Origin: Podarcis cretensis
Taxonomy: Eukaryota
NCBI GenBank assembly: GCA_951804945.1
Contig: OX638156.1
Coordinates: forward strand, 59,520,001-59,584,000
Direction of reading: 5' to 3'
DNA length: 64,000 nucleotides
Under the pieces are notes generated by a model. The model saw only the letters and a program-made list of their open reading frames with translations. It did not search any database and had not been told where the DNA came from. Position numbers and translations under genes: made by a program. Positions 11,500 through 23,334 of the stretch are shown here, piece after piece; the stretch's first letter is position 1, and the number at the start of each line of letters is the position of its first letter.

Positions 11500-14400
11500 T
11501 CCCCCAGTGCTTATGGCATAATAAGTCTGTTAGTCTTTAAAGGTGCTATAAGACTCTTAGTTGGTAAAAGCATGAGACTCTTAATCATGCATTTCTGCAT
11601 TGCAAGGGGTTGGACTAGATGACCCTCATAGTCCCTTCCAATTCTACGATTCTTTGATTCTTCTTGTTTCCAGTGGCTGACAGCCTTATAAATCAATGCC
11701 AGCAGTGTAGAGAGAAAAATTGTCAAACTTGAAATAGCTCTTGGAAATCATTTCCATTCAGGAAAGAAAGACTTGTTTTCAGAAATAAGAACTATGGTCT
11801 TGAAAGGCTAGGAGCACATTTTGTTCAGACAATCAGCAGCCTCCATGAAACGCTGTTCTTTATTCTGAAAATGAACACTTTGGCTGCAATTGGCTAATTT
11901 CCCACCTTCTCTTAACAAAAGCATTACAAAAAAAATAAATTAAAAACCCTTTCTCCGCTGTAGTTTAGAGACACGCTCAATATCTGTAGGCTTACGAAAC
12001 GCAGAGACTGCAACACCAAAAGGAAATGAAGTTTAAAAAGGGAAATGAACAGTGCCATATTGAACAGATTACAGCACAGATTGGTCAACAGATGCAGCCC
12101 GTCAGAACAGTCACTCCCTTTCACTCCTAGAAAAACCAAATGTAAACAGAGAGCAAGAGGACATATCAATTGTGAATTATGGAATATGCTTCACAGTGAC
12201 CATTCGGGGTTTTCCTGCCCTCCCCTGCTGCCAATAATGGGAAGCACCTGTACCTCAGGGTTGCCGCTGAAATGGTAACAATGAGCTGCTCATCTGTTAA
12301 TGCATCTGTTAATGTATTTGCAAAGCCCCACTGCTTAATAAACGACAGTTTCCTGAAAGTTCTGGACATCAACCCAGAGGCAAGAAGCAGCGATTCACTA
12401 ACACCCAAAAGTAATCCCAGTATTTTCATGGATATAGCATAATGTAGGATGCTGCCTTACTGCAGGCAAGGCTGGTTGCCTTTCTTGCCTAATATTGCCA
12501 GAAACTCTCTAGTCTAATCTCATCTGAGGCAGAGGACTTTCCTATCATTTGCTACCAGGCCCTTTTAAAAAACTGGCGATGCCAATGATTGAACCTGAGA
12601 CCAAGTGCAAGCAAAGGAAGTGCTCTATCACTAAGTCATAGCATCCCTCCCCTCTCATGACTTATTGGCCAAAACGATTTAACCACATGAAACAATGCTG
12701 AGCTGTGCCTCTGAGGGTGTGCAGAGTGCTTATCTCTGAAATAACCACTGGCATCTTCTGCACCACTGAGATTAAGGGTTTTCAGCTACGACATCTCTGA
12801 GTTGTATTCAACATTATATGTACTTGGTGAAGACCTAATTCAACCACAGATCTATTAATTTCAATAGGTCAAGCAGAATTTAGTTGGATTCAACCCTCCC
12901 TCTCTCTATATGATCAGTGTCTGTACTAATAATCAGAGTAGGATGCCTGCAATGTTTGATACCTGTTACATGCCCAGTTGATGTAGGCTATAACCTTAGC
13001 ACCCCTCCTTACTGGGAAGTAAGTCTTACTCAACACAGTGGGACTTCTGAACATGCTGTATAGCACGGATGGGGAAGTTGCAGCTTTCAAGATGTTGCTG
13101 CACTACAACTCCCATCATCCCTGCCCCTGGCTGGGGCTGATGGGAGCTGGAGTCCAATAACATCTGCTGGGCCACAGGTTCCCTATCCCTACTGCAGACA
13201 ACTGTACTCTTAAGTTTTGACCAGTTGAAAAGAAGTGCTGCCACGCAAAACATTTGAAGGCATAAACCTAAAAAGAAGACTTCATGCTTTTTTCTTCAAA
13301 GTTATTTATGCAAACATTTGATCAATCGACTAAATCTTTGTTTAAATAAAGCACTCTGAAATAAGGGACGTTTACATATACAATTGACCCAGAGGAGAGA
13401 TTGAACAGGGAGATGCCAGGATTGAAGACTGCCTGAAATCTACCCTATATCTTCCCAACAGAGCTTCTGCTTGTAGTCTATGTACCCACCATACATTTGA
13501 AGTGCACACCCACACCCTGGGAACTGTAATTTGTTAAGGGTCCTGGCTATTGTAGCTCTGTAATGATTAAACTACAGTTCCCAGGATTCTTTGGTGGTTG
13601 CTCATTAGAGAGGAAGAACACTCTGGATATGCTCAGAGGCAAGGAAACATCCTAAGAGCTATAAATTTTTAATCAATTGGCTTGACTGAAAACTTTTTTA
13701 AGTCAATTAAAAAGAAACTTTGTTAACATATTTAGAGAGACATTATTTTTCAATGTGAATTATAAGAAGAGTCAGTGCCATCTTAGGAGAGGTGGTTCTG
13801 CTTTCATTCTCACACAGGAGAGAATGCCTCAAATGCACCACGGAAGAACCAACCAAGAATGTTCTTTTTTCCCCTTACGGAAGGACCAGGGCCATTCTTC
13901 TGCTCCTATGCAAGAGCATGCAGATTTCATCAAACAAGTTCTTAAACTCAACCAACAACCTTAATGTTTATTTGATTTGAGCAATTACCATAATAGCATC
14001 AGATAATGGCCAAGATTCAGAATTTAGTATGGAGACAAATTTCATCGCAATCTTAATGCTCAGCTTGCTGGCTGTAAGCTCCACTGAAGACACAGGGATC
14101 CTTTCTTCTGAGTGCTGCATAGGACTCTACTGGGTGTTATACATTTTGTGTGTGTGTGTAAATATATATGAACACATACACACATGTATATATGTCTCTG
14201 TGTGTATTTCATAACACAAAAATAATCTCAACACGTCTGAAACGTTTTGAAAGCATGCCCCTCATCTTCCACAGTTCACAAAGGAAAAATCTCCCCAGCT
14301 ACATTCCATCAGCTGCCAAGGAGATCCACCTGAGCTACTAAAAGATGCAAGGATCAAAGCCTTCCTCCCCTACTCCGCAGAGTTTTGTGAGGAGACGTGG

Positions 14401-14574
14401 ACAAAGCTAGAGCTAGAGGTGTCTGCAGACCGTGCATGCTCAGAGGCACACTTGTTTTCTGTCTTCACATCCTTGACTTAAAAAAAAAAAAAAAGGAGAT
14501 GGGGGAAGAGGAAGGGACAACGCTACCTTTCCCTAAGCCCCTTATTCTATTGCCCTGGAAGCCCCAACCAGCCA

Positions 14575-15290
14575 ATTAGCGCAGCGCAACCTTTTTCTTC
14601 CCCGAGCGCAAGAACACCCACCAAACAAGCGAGCTGGCCAGATATCTGGGGGGTCCTGCGGGGGAGAAAGGTCCGCGCGCAAAAGTTAGGAGGGGGCGGC
14701 GGCGCGTGCGCAAAGCCCTCACGCCCCCCCCCGCCTTTTTGGCGCTGTGAGAGTTAAGGGCACTTGTCCGAAGCGTCTGAGGTACCGGGCCCGCCGCGCC
14801 CAGGGCGCACGGAGCCAACAGCCCCTAAACTCACCTCTGCCGCCGCTTATCCGGCCAGGGCTTCGTCGCTGTCCTCGGCTCGGGGTTTTGCCTACCCTGC
14901 CTGCGTGCGTAGATGGGTGTGCGAGAAAGAGAGGAGAGCCCAAGCCGAAGGGGTGAGTCAAAAGCGGAAAGGCGCTGCCTGCCCGACGTACGGGTGCCGC
15001 CCCTGCCCTCTAGCGGCGTCGGCTCCCCCGGCGGCGCGGCCACTCTCCCGCCTCGCCAAGCACGACTGCAGCGGGGCCAGAGCGGAGGGAAGGCGCGCTT
15101 CGCCTGCCTCCGCGGTGGGAACCGAGGCAGGTGCTTCAGGGGCGGGGCCTGGGGAAACCCCGCCTCTAGTTGCGTCTTGCGCGCCTAGGCGATTGGCAGC
15201 CCGTTCCTTCCCCTTTTTATAAGCCCACGTGGAGCTGCAGAATGAGGTGGGAGCGCAGGGGTCGGGGCGCAGCGGGCCTCTAGAGAGCTT
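14575..15290. promoter_or_regulatory. CpG-island promoter, probably of ADCY7 (synteny only)
   Basis: Abrupt GC/CpG-rich island outside repeats. Motifs: GC box 15139-15148, CCAAT/ATTGG 15192-15196, TATAAAAA on minus 15221-15214, E-box CCACGTGG 15225-15232, kappaB-like GGGGAAACCCC 15151-15161, AP-1 TGAGTCA 14954-14960, NRF1-like 14702-14712. In mammals ADCY7 follows TENT4B on the same strand (recalled). Confidence 0.85.
14835..15190 (-). other. Putative non-coding first exon of the downstream gene (likely ADCY7); 5' end uncertain
   Basis: Consensus donor GAG|GTGAGT at 14834-14829; no minus-strand ATG between the TATA box and the donor. Confidence 0.55.
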
Positions 15291-15845
15291 GGAATTGTAG
15301 AGTTGTAAGCATGGGCGTAGCCAAGGGGGGGCTGGGAGGGGCAGCTGCCCCCAATTAAAAAATCAGTAAAAATACATAGCAAACTGAGGTTCTGACCCCC
15401 ACCTATCAAAAATCCTGGCTACGCCCATGGTTGGAAGGGACCCCAAGGCACCTCTTCTCCAAACCCCTGCAGCAGAGAAATCACAAGGAAAGAATCCCTG
15501 ATCGATGGCCACCCAACCTCTGTTTTTTTAATTAAAAAAAACTCCCACCACTTTCTGAGGTAGTCCCTTACATTGTCCAACAGCTCTTGCCTTCAGAAAG
15601 TTCTTCCTAATGTTTATTTGGAATCTCCTTTATTGTAACCGGAATGCATTGGTTTGAGCAGAAGAAAACAAGCTTGCTCCGTCTTCCATGTGACAGCCCT
15701 TCAGGTATTTCAAGACAGGTATCCTATCCTATCACTTCTCAGCCTTCTCCAGGCTAAACATACCCAACTTCCTCAACCTTTCCTCACAAGGCTTGGTTTC
15801 CAGACCTTTGATCATCTTAGTCACCCTCCTCTGCATCTGTCCTAG
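15290..15845 (-). mobile_element. CR1 LINE 3' fragment bordering the CpG island
   Basis: QRRVTKMIKGLETKPCEERLRKLGMFSLEK in ORF-track 15732..15950; CR1 3' end at 15290-15460. Confidence 0.88.
15310..15429. mobile_element. hAT-type MITE inserted in a CR1 3' end
   Basis: 14-bp TIR catgggcgtagcca/tggctacgcccatg; 8-bp TSD gttgtaag/gttggaag (one mismatch). Confidence 0.85.
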
Positions 15846-16805
15846 CATGTCATTTGAGGTTAAGCCTAGATCATACTGGTACTCAGCACCTGCAGTGCGT
15901 TGCCTAAGATCATCTCTGGCCAATTTATATGAAATTGTAGTCCAAAACATCTGAAGGGCACCCGGTTGGTGAAACCACCTCTAAATAATGTTGTCCAACC
16001 CTGCAAAACATATAATTATTACTTATTTAAGTCCAGGCCTTACAGGCCTTTTGTGACTTGGTTTCGTTTCCTCTGAAAATGCATCCAAGTAGAAACACCC
16101 AGTTGCTCATATCATCCCCAGGTTAACCTCGTCCCCCTGAATGCTGGTGTCTATTTAACAAAGAATCCTTTTATCTGCTGGCCTTCACAACCTGATTGAG
16201 CTCTTATTTCTGTAGCAGACATTCATTCCCATGCCCAGAAAAGGATAACCAGTCATGATCAGCTTCATTTTAAAAAAACAAAAAACCCCAGAACAGAAAA
16301 ACACCCAACCAATATCTTGTTCTGAAATTTTCTTGCTCTAGATATCAATAGAGCCCAGCTCTCTGGAGAGCCTGTTCATATGCCTCCCTTATCTCTCAAG
16401 CCAGAACTCTTATGTGTGGCAGGAGAGGTAGGCAGGGATGACTTATTAAGCATCCTATTTCAAGGAGGGGTGGCAAGGTGAAGGGGAGATGGCTTCAGGC
16501 CCCTTCTGTTGCACCACTGCCAGCCCCCAGCCCCCCCCCCCGAGGCTTCCCACACCACCGATACAGTGCCGTTACCCTCTCCACTGCTGCTATTGTGGCA
16601 GCAGTGCAGGCACAACCACAGGTGAGGATACAGTTGCTGTGACAGGGTTGGCAGCAGCACAGGCACAACAGAATGGGCAGGGAGGGGGCGAGGACACTGA
16701 TATGTGGCGGCGGCGGGAGACATTGGAGCATTTTGCCTACAGTGACAAAACATCTCGAGCCAGCCCTGACCCTGGTCTCCTAGATTAGGCCCCATCCACA
16801 CCATA

Positions 16806-17286
16806 CAGTGGTAGAAGAAGAAGAAGAAGAAGAGTTTGGATTTGATATCCCGCCTTTCACTCCCCTTCAGGAGTCTCAAAGCGGCTAACAATCTCCTTTC
16901 CCTTCCTCCCCCACAACAAACACTCTGTGAGGTGAGTGGGGCTGAGAGACTTCAAAGAAGTGTGACTGGCCCCAGGTCACCCAGCAGCTGCATGTGGAGG
17001 AGCGGAGACGCGAACCCGGTTCCCCAGATTACGTGACTACCGCTCTTAACCACTACACCACACTGGTACCTCAGGTTAAGTACTTAATTCATTCTGGAGG
17101 TCCATACTTAACCTGAAACTGTTCTTAACCTGAAGCACCACTTTAGATAATGGGGCCTCCTGCTGCTGCCGGGCCGCCAGAGCACAATTTCTGTTCTCAT
17201 CCTGAAGCAAAGTTCTTAACCCAAGGTAATATTTCTGGGTTAGCGGAGTCTGTAACCTGAAGCGTATGTAACCTGAGGTACCACTG
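16806..17286. mobile_element. MITE family 1, left TIR split by a SINE
   Basis: ta-cagtggta at 16804-16813 resumes as tggtacctcaggttaag at 17064; ends ggtaccactg-ta. Confidence 0.85.
16814..17063 (-). mobile_element. tRNA-derived SINE with (CTT)n tail (Squam3-like), inserted into a MITE terminal repeat
   Basis: A/B boxes (tggtgtagtggttaaga ... gggttcgcgtctcc on minus), (GAA)n at 16814-16833, flanked by tggta on both sides. Confidence 0.8.
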
Positions 17287-18824
17287 TATATTTAAAGTAC
17301 AGTGATATCACTTTAAATGCTTGTGGCTTCCCCCAAAGAATTCTGGGAGCTATAGTTTATTAAGAGTGCTGAGGGCTTCTTGGAGCCCCCCTTTCCCCCT
17401 CAAAGAGTTCAATCCACAGAGTAATCAGTCCCTCTTCCCAGGGAACTCTGGAACTGGTAGCTCTGGGGGCTGGGAATAGGGTCTCTTAGCAATTCTCAGC
17501 ATCCATAACAAACTTTAGCACCCAGGATAATTTGACAGAAGCCATGACTGTTCAAAGAGATATCATACTGCTGCGCTAAATGTTTGGTGTGATTGTGACC
17601 TTAGAATGACACCCACTGGACATGTGGCAGTCAGCTGGGTTGCCGGATACCGGTGACACATCATTTTCTCTGGAGTGCCTTCTGAATTTCATTAATACAA
17701 GCAGGAATACAAAGAACATTCATCAGCTGTTCTCCAAGCAAAAAGACAAAAACTGCCTTTGAGCCCTACTGCTCCTGCCTGAGGTGCCCTTTAGTAGGAA
17801 GGCAGGTGGTACTGATAGCCACACATAAGACAAGTCCTGCTGTGTCAGACCAAAGGTCTATTTAGTCTGGCCTGCAGCTTCCCACAGTGCCTAACCTTAT
17901 TCCTCCAGAAACCCACAAGCAGTTTGAAGGTAACAGCAGGGCCTGTGTTGTCACTCCCTGGCAACTGGTGTTCAGAGTTACAGTGCCTCTGGAACTCAGT
18001 TATGTTCAACTTTTCACGGGCAATAGTTTTGATAGATCTATTCTTCATGGATTTGTCTGCTTTCCCCTATAATGCCAACTAAGCTAGTGACCATTGTCAC
18101 TCCCTCTTGTGACTCTGACCTTTTGCCAACTTCCGTCTGTGTTTGGGCAAGGCATAGGCAGCTTAGCGGCCATTCCTTTTGCCCAGAGAACCCTAGGAAG
18201 CTATTGTAGTTTTGTGAAGGGTGGACAGGATGCTCTGATGTCCAAAAACTGGGCATGGTCACCCATGTTCTGGCAGTGTATGTGCATGCACAAACAGGCA
18301 TGGTTCTTAAAAAACAATCAAGCAAGAGACAACAGTTCTACATTAGGAAGGCAAGAGATACCAATAAAAATTGGATCAAGCCCCCTCCCTCCTTTCCCAG
18401 ATAAGATTAGCAACAGCAACTTCTGACAGTCTTTGACTACATACAGCCTCCACTTCCAGACCATGCTTTTCATTTTCAGGAGACCAGCTCACTGCTGTAT
18501 TCCCAAGTCTAACCATTTAACAGAGCAGAGCGGATCAAACATGCGAGATCAGAGCAAATTGGAGTGCTCATGAAACTGCTCCACTGTTTCCCAAGTGCTG
18601 GCGGAGAGCAGATCAAAGCACTAATTCCTGCTTCCAGAGTGCTTGGAGAGCATCCCCCTTCTGGTGATCTAGCTAAGAAATCTGTAGGAACACTGGGAGC
18701 TGCTTTCTTCTGAGTCAGACCGTTGGTCCATTAAGCTTAGTAATGTCCACCTTGTTGGAGACAGTATGCCTCTGAACACCAGCTGTTGAGAATCACAGCC
18801 AAGTGTAAAGCGCTATTGTAATAA

Positions 18825-19187
18825 GGTAAAGGTAAAGGTACCCCTGCCCATACGGGCCAGTCTTGACAGACTCTGGGGTTGTGCGCCCATCTCACTTAAG
18901 AGGCCAGGGGCCAGCGCTGTCCGGAGACACTTCCGGGTCACGTGGCCAGCGTGACATCGCTGCTCTGGCGAGCCAGAGCCGCACACGGAAACACCGTTTA
19001 CCTTCCCGCTGGTAAGCGGTCCCTATTTATCTACTTGCACCCGGAGGTGCTTTCGAACTGCTAGGTTGGCAGGCGCTGGGACCGAGCAGCGGGAGCGCAC
19101 CCCGCCGCAGGGATTCGAACCGCCGACCTTTCGATCGGCAAGCCCTAGGCGCTGAGGCTTTAACCCACAGCGCCACCTGCGTCCCCC
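18825..19187 (-). mobile_element. Full-length Sauria SINE (subfamily B)
   Basis: (TAAAGG)n tail, tRNA-like head, TSD attgtaataa at 18815-18824 and 19188-19197. Confidence 0.93.
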
Positions 19188-20559
19188 ATTGTAATAAAGT
19201 ACTCCTGAAAAGTTGCTTACCTTCTCCTCTCCCTTTGCTGGGGATGATGTTATCCAGTTTAGGGCAACCAAAATGATCAGGGGGATGGAGCAACACCCCC
19301 CCCCCACCCAGTGAAGAAAGGTCACAGCATTTTGGCCTTTTTAGTTTATTTAAATGCAAATATTAGTAAGTATATTTGAGTGTTATAAGAGTGTTAGGTG
19401 TACTTCTTTTCTCCAATAAATTCCTGGGCTGACGTGCTTATGTGGATCTGATGACCTTCGGCAGTAGCTCTTCAAGGTTTCTCATAGGGCAAGAAATGTA
19501 ACCTATCTGAACATGCCAATAATTGAATCTAGGACCTTTCACATTCAGAGCAGATGCTCTACCACTAAGCTATCTGGTTTCCCCATCTGGGCAGCCACAG
19601 CAGCCAGTAAGCTTTCGCCAAGAGTGCTGCATACATACAACTAGTGCTTTTTTTTTTGTTTTTAAAATCACCAGCACAGAGGCAGAAACTGCTGGGGGCA
19701 AAAAAAAAAAAAAAAAAAAAAAATGCTTTGCAGACCAAACTTCACTCACAGGTCAGCCATTTGCCACTCCTGCTCCAGTGGTCTTGAACCATACAGCTCT
19801 GTAATCTGTGCTTCCACGCACTTCTCAAACTACAGTTCCCAGGATTCATTGGGTGAAACAATGACAAAGTACCGGTAACACAAAGCACAGAGGGTTGTGA
19901 TATATAGTGTTCACGGAGGGCATGCATGCATGCAAAAACAAGAAAATGACAAAGAAAGGTGGAGACATGAGAAACTATGGTTCTTATCTTCACACTGGGT
20001 TTTTCTGGTGCCAGCTCAGCTGCAGTTTCCCAGTGCAATTACCGTGATAAAGACATGGCTGTGTAGCAACAAAGCACTTATTCATATGAAGTTTGTTTAG
20101 ATTAGTGAAAAAGAAAAAAGCAATTTAAGCACAAAGTGTCACTCTTTTACTAAGAACAAAAAACACCTGCTTATATTCTGACTGTGAGGGAGGAAGGAAG
20201 GAAGAAATCCAGGAAGTTACCTCTGCCCCCCAAAACCTTTAGAAGTCCCCCCCCCCACAAGAAACTTGAACTAGGCTAAATTGGATTACAAAGCACAGGA
20301 AATTGGGGTGGGGTGGTGAATACTGAGAGACTGTTAGGGTCGCAAGTGGAGTTCGTGCAGAATAGGTAGACTACATTTACCACAAATAAAATTCTTAGAA
20401 CCAAAGGACACTGAGTGGGAGGTGTTTTTTTTAGAAACTTGTGTTTTCTACCCAAATAACGAAAGCTGCATTCACAAAGGAGTTAATTTTATTTTCCGAA
20501 CGGTTAATTTCCACATTATATTTGAGCTTTCACATGATGTAAAAGCCACTTCTGGATTT

Positions 20560-21335
20560 GGGATTCAAGATGACCGTAACAGATTGGAGAGCTAGGCAGA
20601 AACGAAGAAAATGAATTTCAGTAGGGACAAATCTAAGGTTCTGCACTTAGGCAGAAAGAACCAGCTGCGCAAATATAAGATGGGGGACACCTGGACTGCC
20701 CATAGTGCAAGTGAAAAGGATCCACACCTTAACATGAGTCAACAGTGTGATGCTGGGGGGTGGGGGGTGGGAGCTAATGCTATTCTAGGCTGCATCAACA
20801 GAAGTATAGTGTCTCAATCAAGGCAAGTAATAGTCCTGCTCTACTCTGCCCCGGTCAGACCACTCCTGGAATACTCTGTCCAGTTCTGGGCACCACAATT
20901 TAAGGACGATAATGACAATTGCAATGTCTACAGAGGAGGGCAACCAAGACGATCGAGGGTCTGGAAACTGAGCTTTATGAGGAACGTTTGGGTATGTTTA
21001 GCTTAGTAAAGCAGAGACTGAGAGGAGATAGGATAGCCACCTTCAAATATCTAAAGGGCTGTCACATGGAGTAAGCTTGTATTCTCCTCCAGCGGCTGGA
21101 ACCCAAATCAATGGATTCAAGTTGCAAGAAAGGAAATTCTGACTAAACGTTCTGAGGAACTTTCAGACAGTAAGAGCTATTCAACAGTAGAATGGACTCC
21201 CATGAGAGGTGGGAGACTCTCCTTGTTTGGAGATTTTTAAACAGAGCTTGGATGATAATCTGTATTGGACGCATTAGTTGAGATTCCTGCATTGAAGTGG
21301 TTGGACTAGGTGACCCTCAGGGTCTCTGCCAACAT
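20560..21335 (+). mobile_element. CR1 LINE 3' fragment (decayed ORF2 C-terminus plus 3' UTR)
   Basis: ORF-track 20611..21006 KSKVLHLGRKN...LNMSQQCDA...ANAILGCINRSI...VRPLLEYSVQFWAP is typical of CR1 ORF2. Confidence 0.9.
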
Positions 21336-21549
21336 GTTGGAACCTTTCCTTATAGGTGAATTGCTCCACCCTCTTGATCCTTTTGGATGCTCTTTTCTGA
21401 ACTTTTTCCAGCTGTACAATATTCTTTTGGGGCAAGGTCACCAGAACAGCACACCATTTTATACTAAGCTAAAAACTTACTACATGTCTCAGATTCTCTC
21501 TTTTACATCCCTTATTGTCTGCTTGCATTTTTGCAAATGCCTTCGTACT

Positions 21550-22335
21550 TTGTTTTCTTTTTTTAATATAATTTTTATTAAGTTTTCCATATTTTATTAC
21601 ATTTCAGTATCAAAAAATAACTTAAGACATTGCTTAAATAAAGCATCAACCTCCTTCCTTCCCTCTAACAGACTTCCATATCTCATTACCAATTTCTCCA
21701 CATTCCTAAATTCACTTTTTTACTTTAAATCAATCTTTTAACAATCACCTAAAGGTAAAGGTAAAGGTACCCCTGCCCGTACGGGCCAGTCTTGACAGAC
21801 TCTGGGGTTGTGCGCCCATCTCACTTAAGAGGCCAGGGGCCAGCGCTGTCCGGAGACACTTCCGGGTCACGTGGCCAGCGTGACAAAGCTGCATCTGGCG
21901 AGCCAGAGCCGCACACGGAAACGCCGTTTACCTTCCCGCTGGTAAGCGGTCCCTATTTATCTACTTGCACCCGGAGGTGCTTTCGAGCTGATAGGTTGGC
22001 AGGCGCTGGGACCGAGCAGCGGGAGCGCACCCCGCCGCAGGGATTCGACCGCCGACCTTTCGATCGGCAAGCCCTAGGCGCTGAGGCTTTAACCCACAGC
22101 GCCACCTGCGTCCCTAACAATCACCTACTTATAAGTAAATCAGCTCCTTAATTTGCCATTACCAAACATTTCAACTTAAACCTACAAACGTATTCAACTG
22201 TTTGCAATTTTCTTTCATATAGAGTATAAATTTGCCCCAGTCCTTTTGGAACAAATCATCACAGCGATTCCAAATCTTCCCCGTCAGCTTCGCCAGCTCC
22301 ATGTATTCGACCATCTTTAATTGCCAATCTTCCAC
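21550..22335 (-). mobile_element. L1/Tx1-clade LINE 3' end interrupted by a Sauria SINE
   Basis: EDWQLKMVEYMELAKLTGKIWNRCDDLFQKDWGKFILYMKENC (ORF-track 22171..22377) resembles squamate L1 ORF2 C-termini; AATAAA and A-rich tail at ~21550-21582 on minus. Confidence 0.7.
21752..22114 (-). mobile_element. Full-length Sauria SINE (subfamily B) inserted in an L1 3' UTR
   Basis: 13-bp TSD taacaatcaccta at 21739-21751 and 22115-22127. Confidence 0.93.
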
Positions 22336-22637
22336 AGATTCTGGTGGTCCACAGAAGATAGCAAAAAATGCTACCATGTATGCATATTTTGATGATTCTT
22401 TTGTATGGATTTAAATTGCAAGCTGTTTTGGAGGCTAATCTAGGATGAATGTGATGTGTAAAACAGGGGCAGGGAACTTGCAGCCCTCCAGATGTTGCTG
22501 GACTACAGCTTCCATCATCTGTTGGCATTAGCTGTAAGTGCTGGCGCCGATGGGAGTCAAAGTCCAACAGCAGATGGAGGGCCACAGGCTCCGCACTACA
22601 GGGAACGTGAAATAAATACTTGATTCAGAAGGCAATA

Positions 22638-22863
22638 CAGTGGTACCTCGGGTTAAGTACTTAATTCGTTCCAGAGGTCCGTTCTTAACCTGAAACTGTT
22701 CTTAACCTGAAGCACCACTTTAGCTAATGGGGCCTCCTGCTGCTGCCGCGCCGTCGGAGCACAATTTCTGTTCTCATCCTGATGCAAAGTTCTTAACCCG
22801 AGGTACTATATCTGGGTTAGCGGAGTCTGTAACCTGAAGCGTATGTAACCCGAGGTACCACTG
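22638..22863. mobile_element. MITE family 1, intact
   Basis: Matching TIRs cagtggtacctcgggtta/taacccgaggtaccactg; TA TSD. Confidence 0.92.
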
Positions 22864-23334
22864 TATACAGCGCAGCATCCTGAGTCAGAGCAAGTAACTA
22901 AACAAAAAGCATGAACTGATGTTGCCATTTGCACTTGTTCTGGTTACACACACAGACTCCCCCCCCCCCCTTTCTTAATCTAAGTAGCAGCAGGCGAAGT
23001 GCCCTCAGCAGAGGCAAAACAGCTACCTTCTGTTCATGCCAGGTCAAACAAATTTCCCAAAACTTCTGTTAATCATAGTATGCACACTCAGATGAGGGTA
23101 AAGCAGGGGATCTGCTCCTAGAAAGAGGGACTTATCTCTTTAACCAGAAACACCTCCGTGGCTAACTGCAGTCACTTAGATATGAACATTTACATAACCA
23201 TGTTTTGAGACTGTTACCATCCCTATATACTGTCTCAGTTCCTTCTGAGAATGACAACCCTCAGTGAATATTTCCACCTGGAGTAATGTGCCCAGTTCTC
23301 CCCGCCCCGCCTCCCGTTTAATGATTTTGGGAAA

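Noticed and set aside
1-14500. ADCY7 coding exons
   Set aside because: No segment translating to the recalled ADCY7 N-terminus (MPAKGRYFLNEG...) or cyclase domains was seen; the gene assignment is by synteny only
14576-15222. Multiple overlapping GC-rich ORFs (up to 152 aa)
   Set aside because: Expected from stop-codon scarcity in a CpG island; mostly non-ATG starts and no recognisable domain
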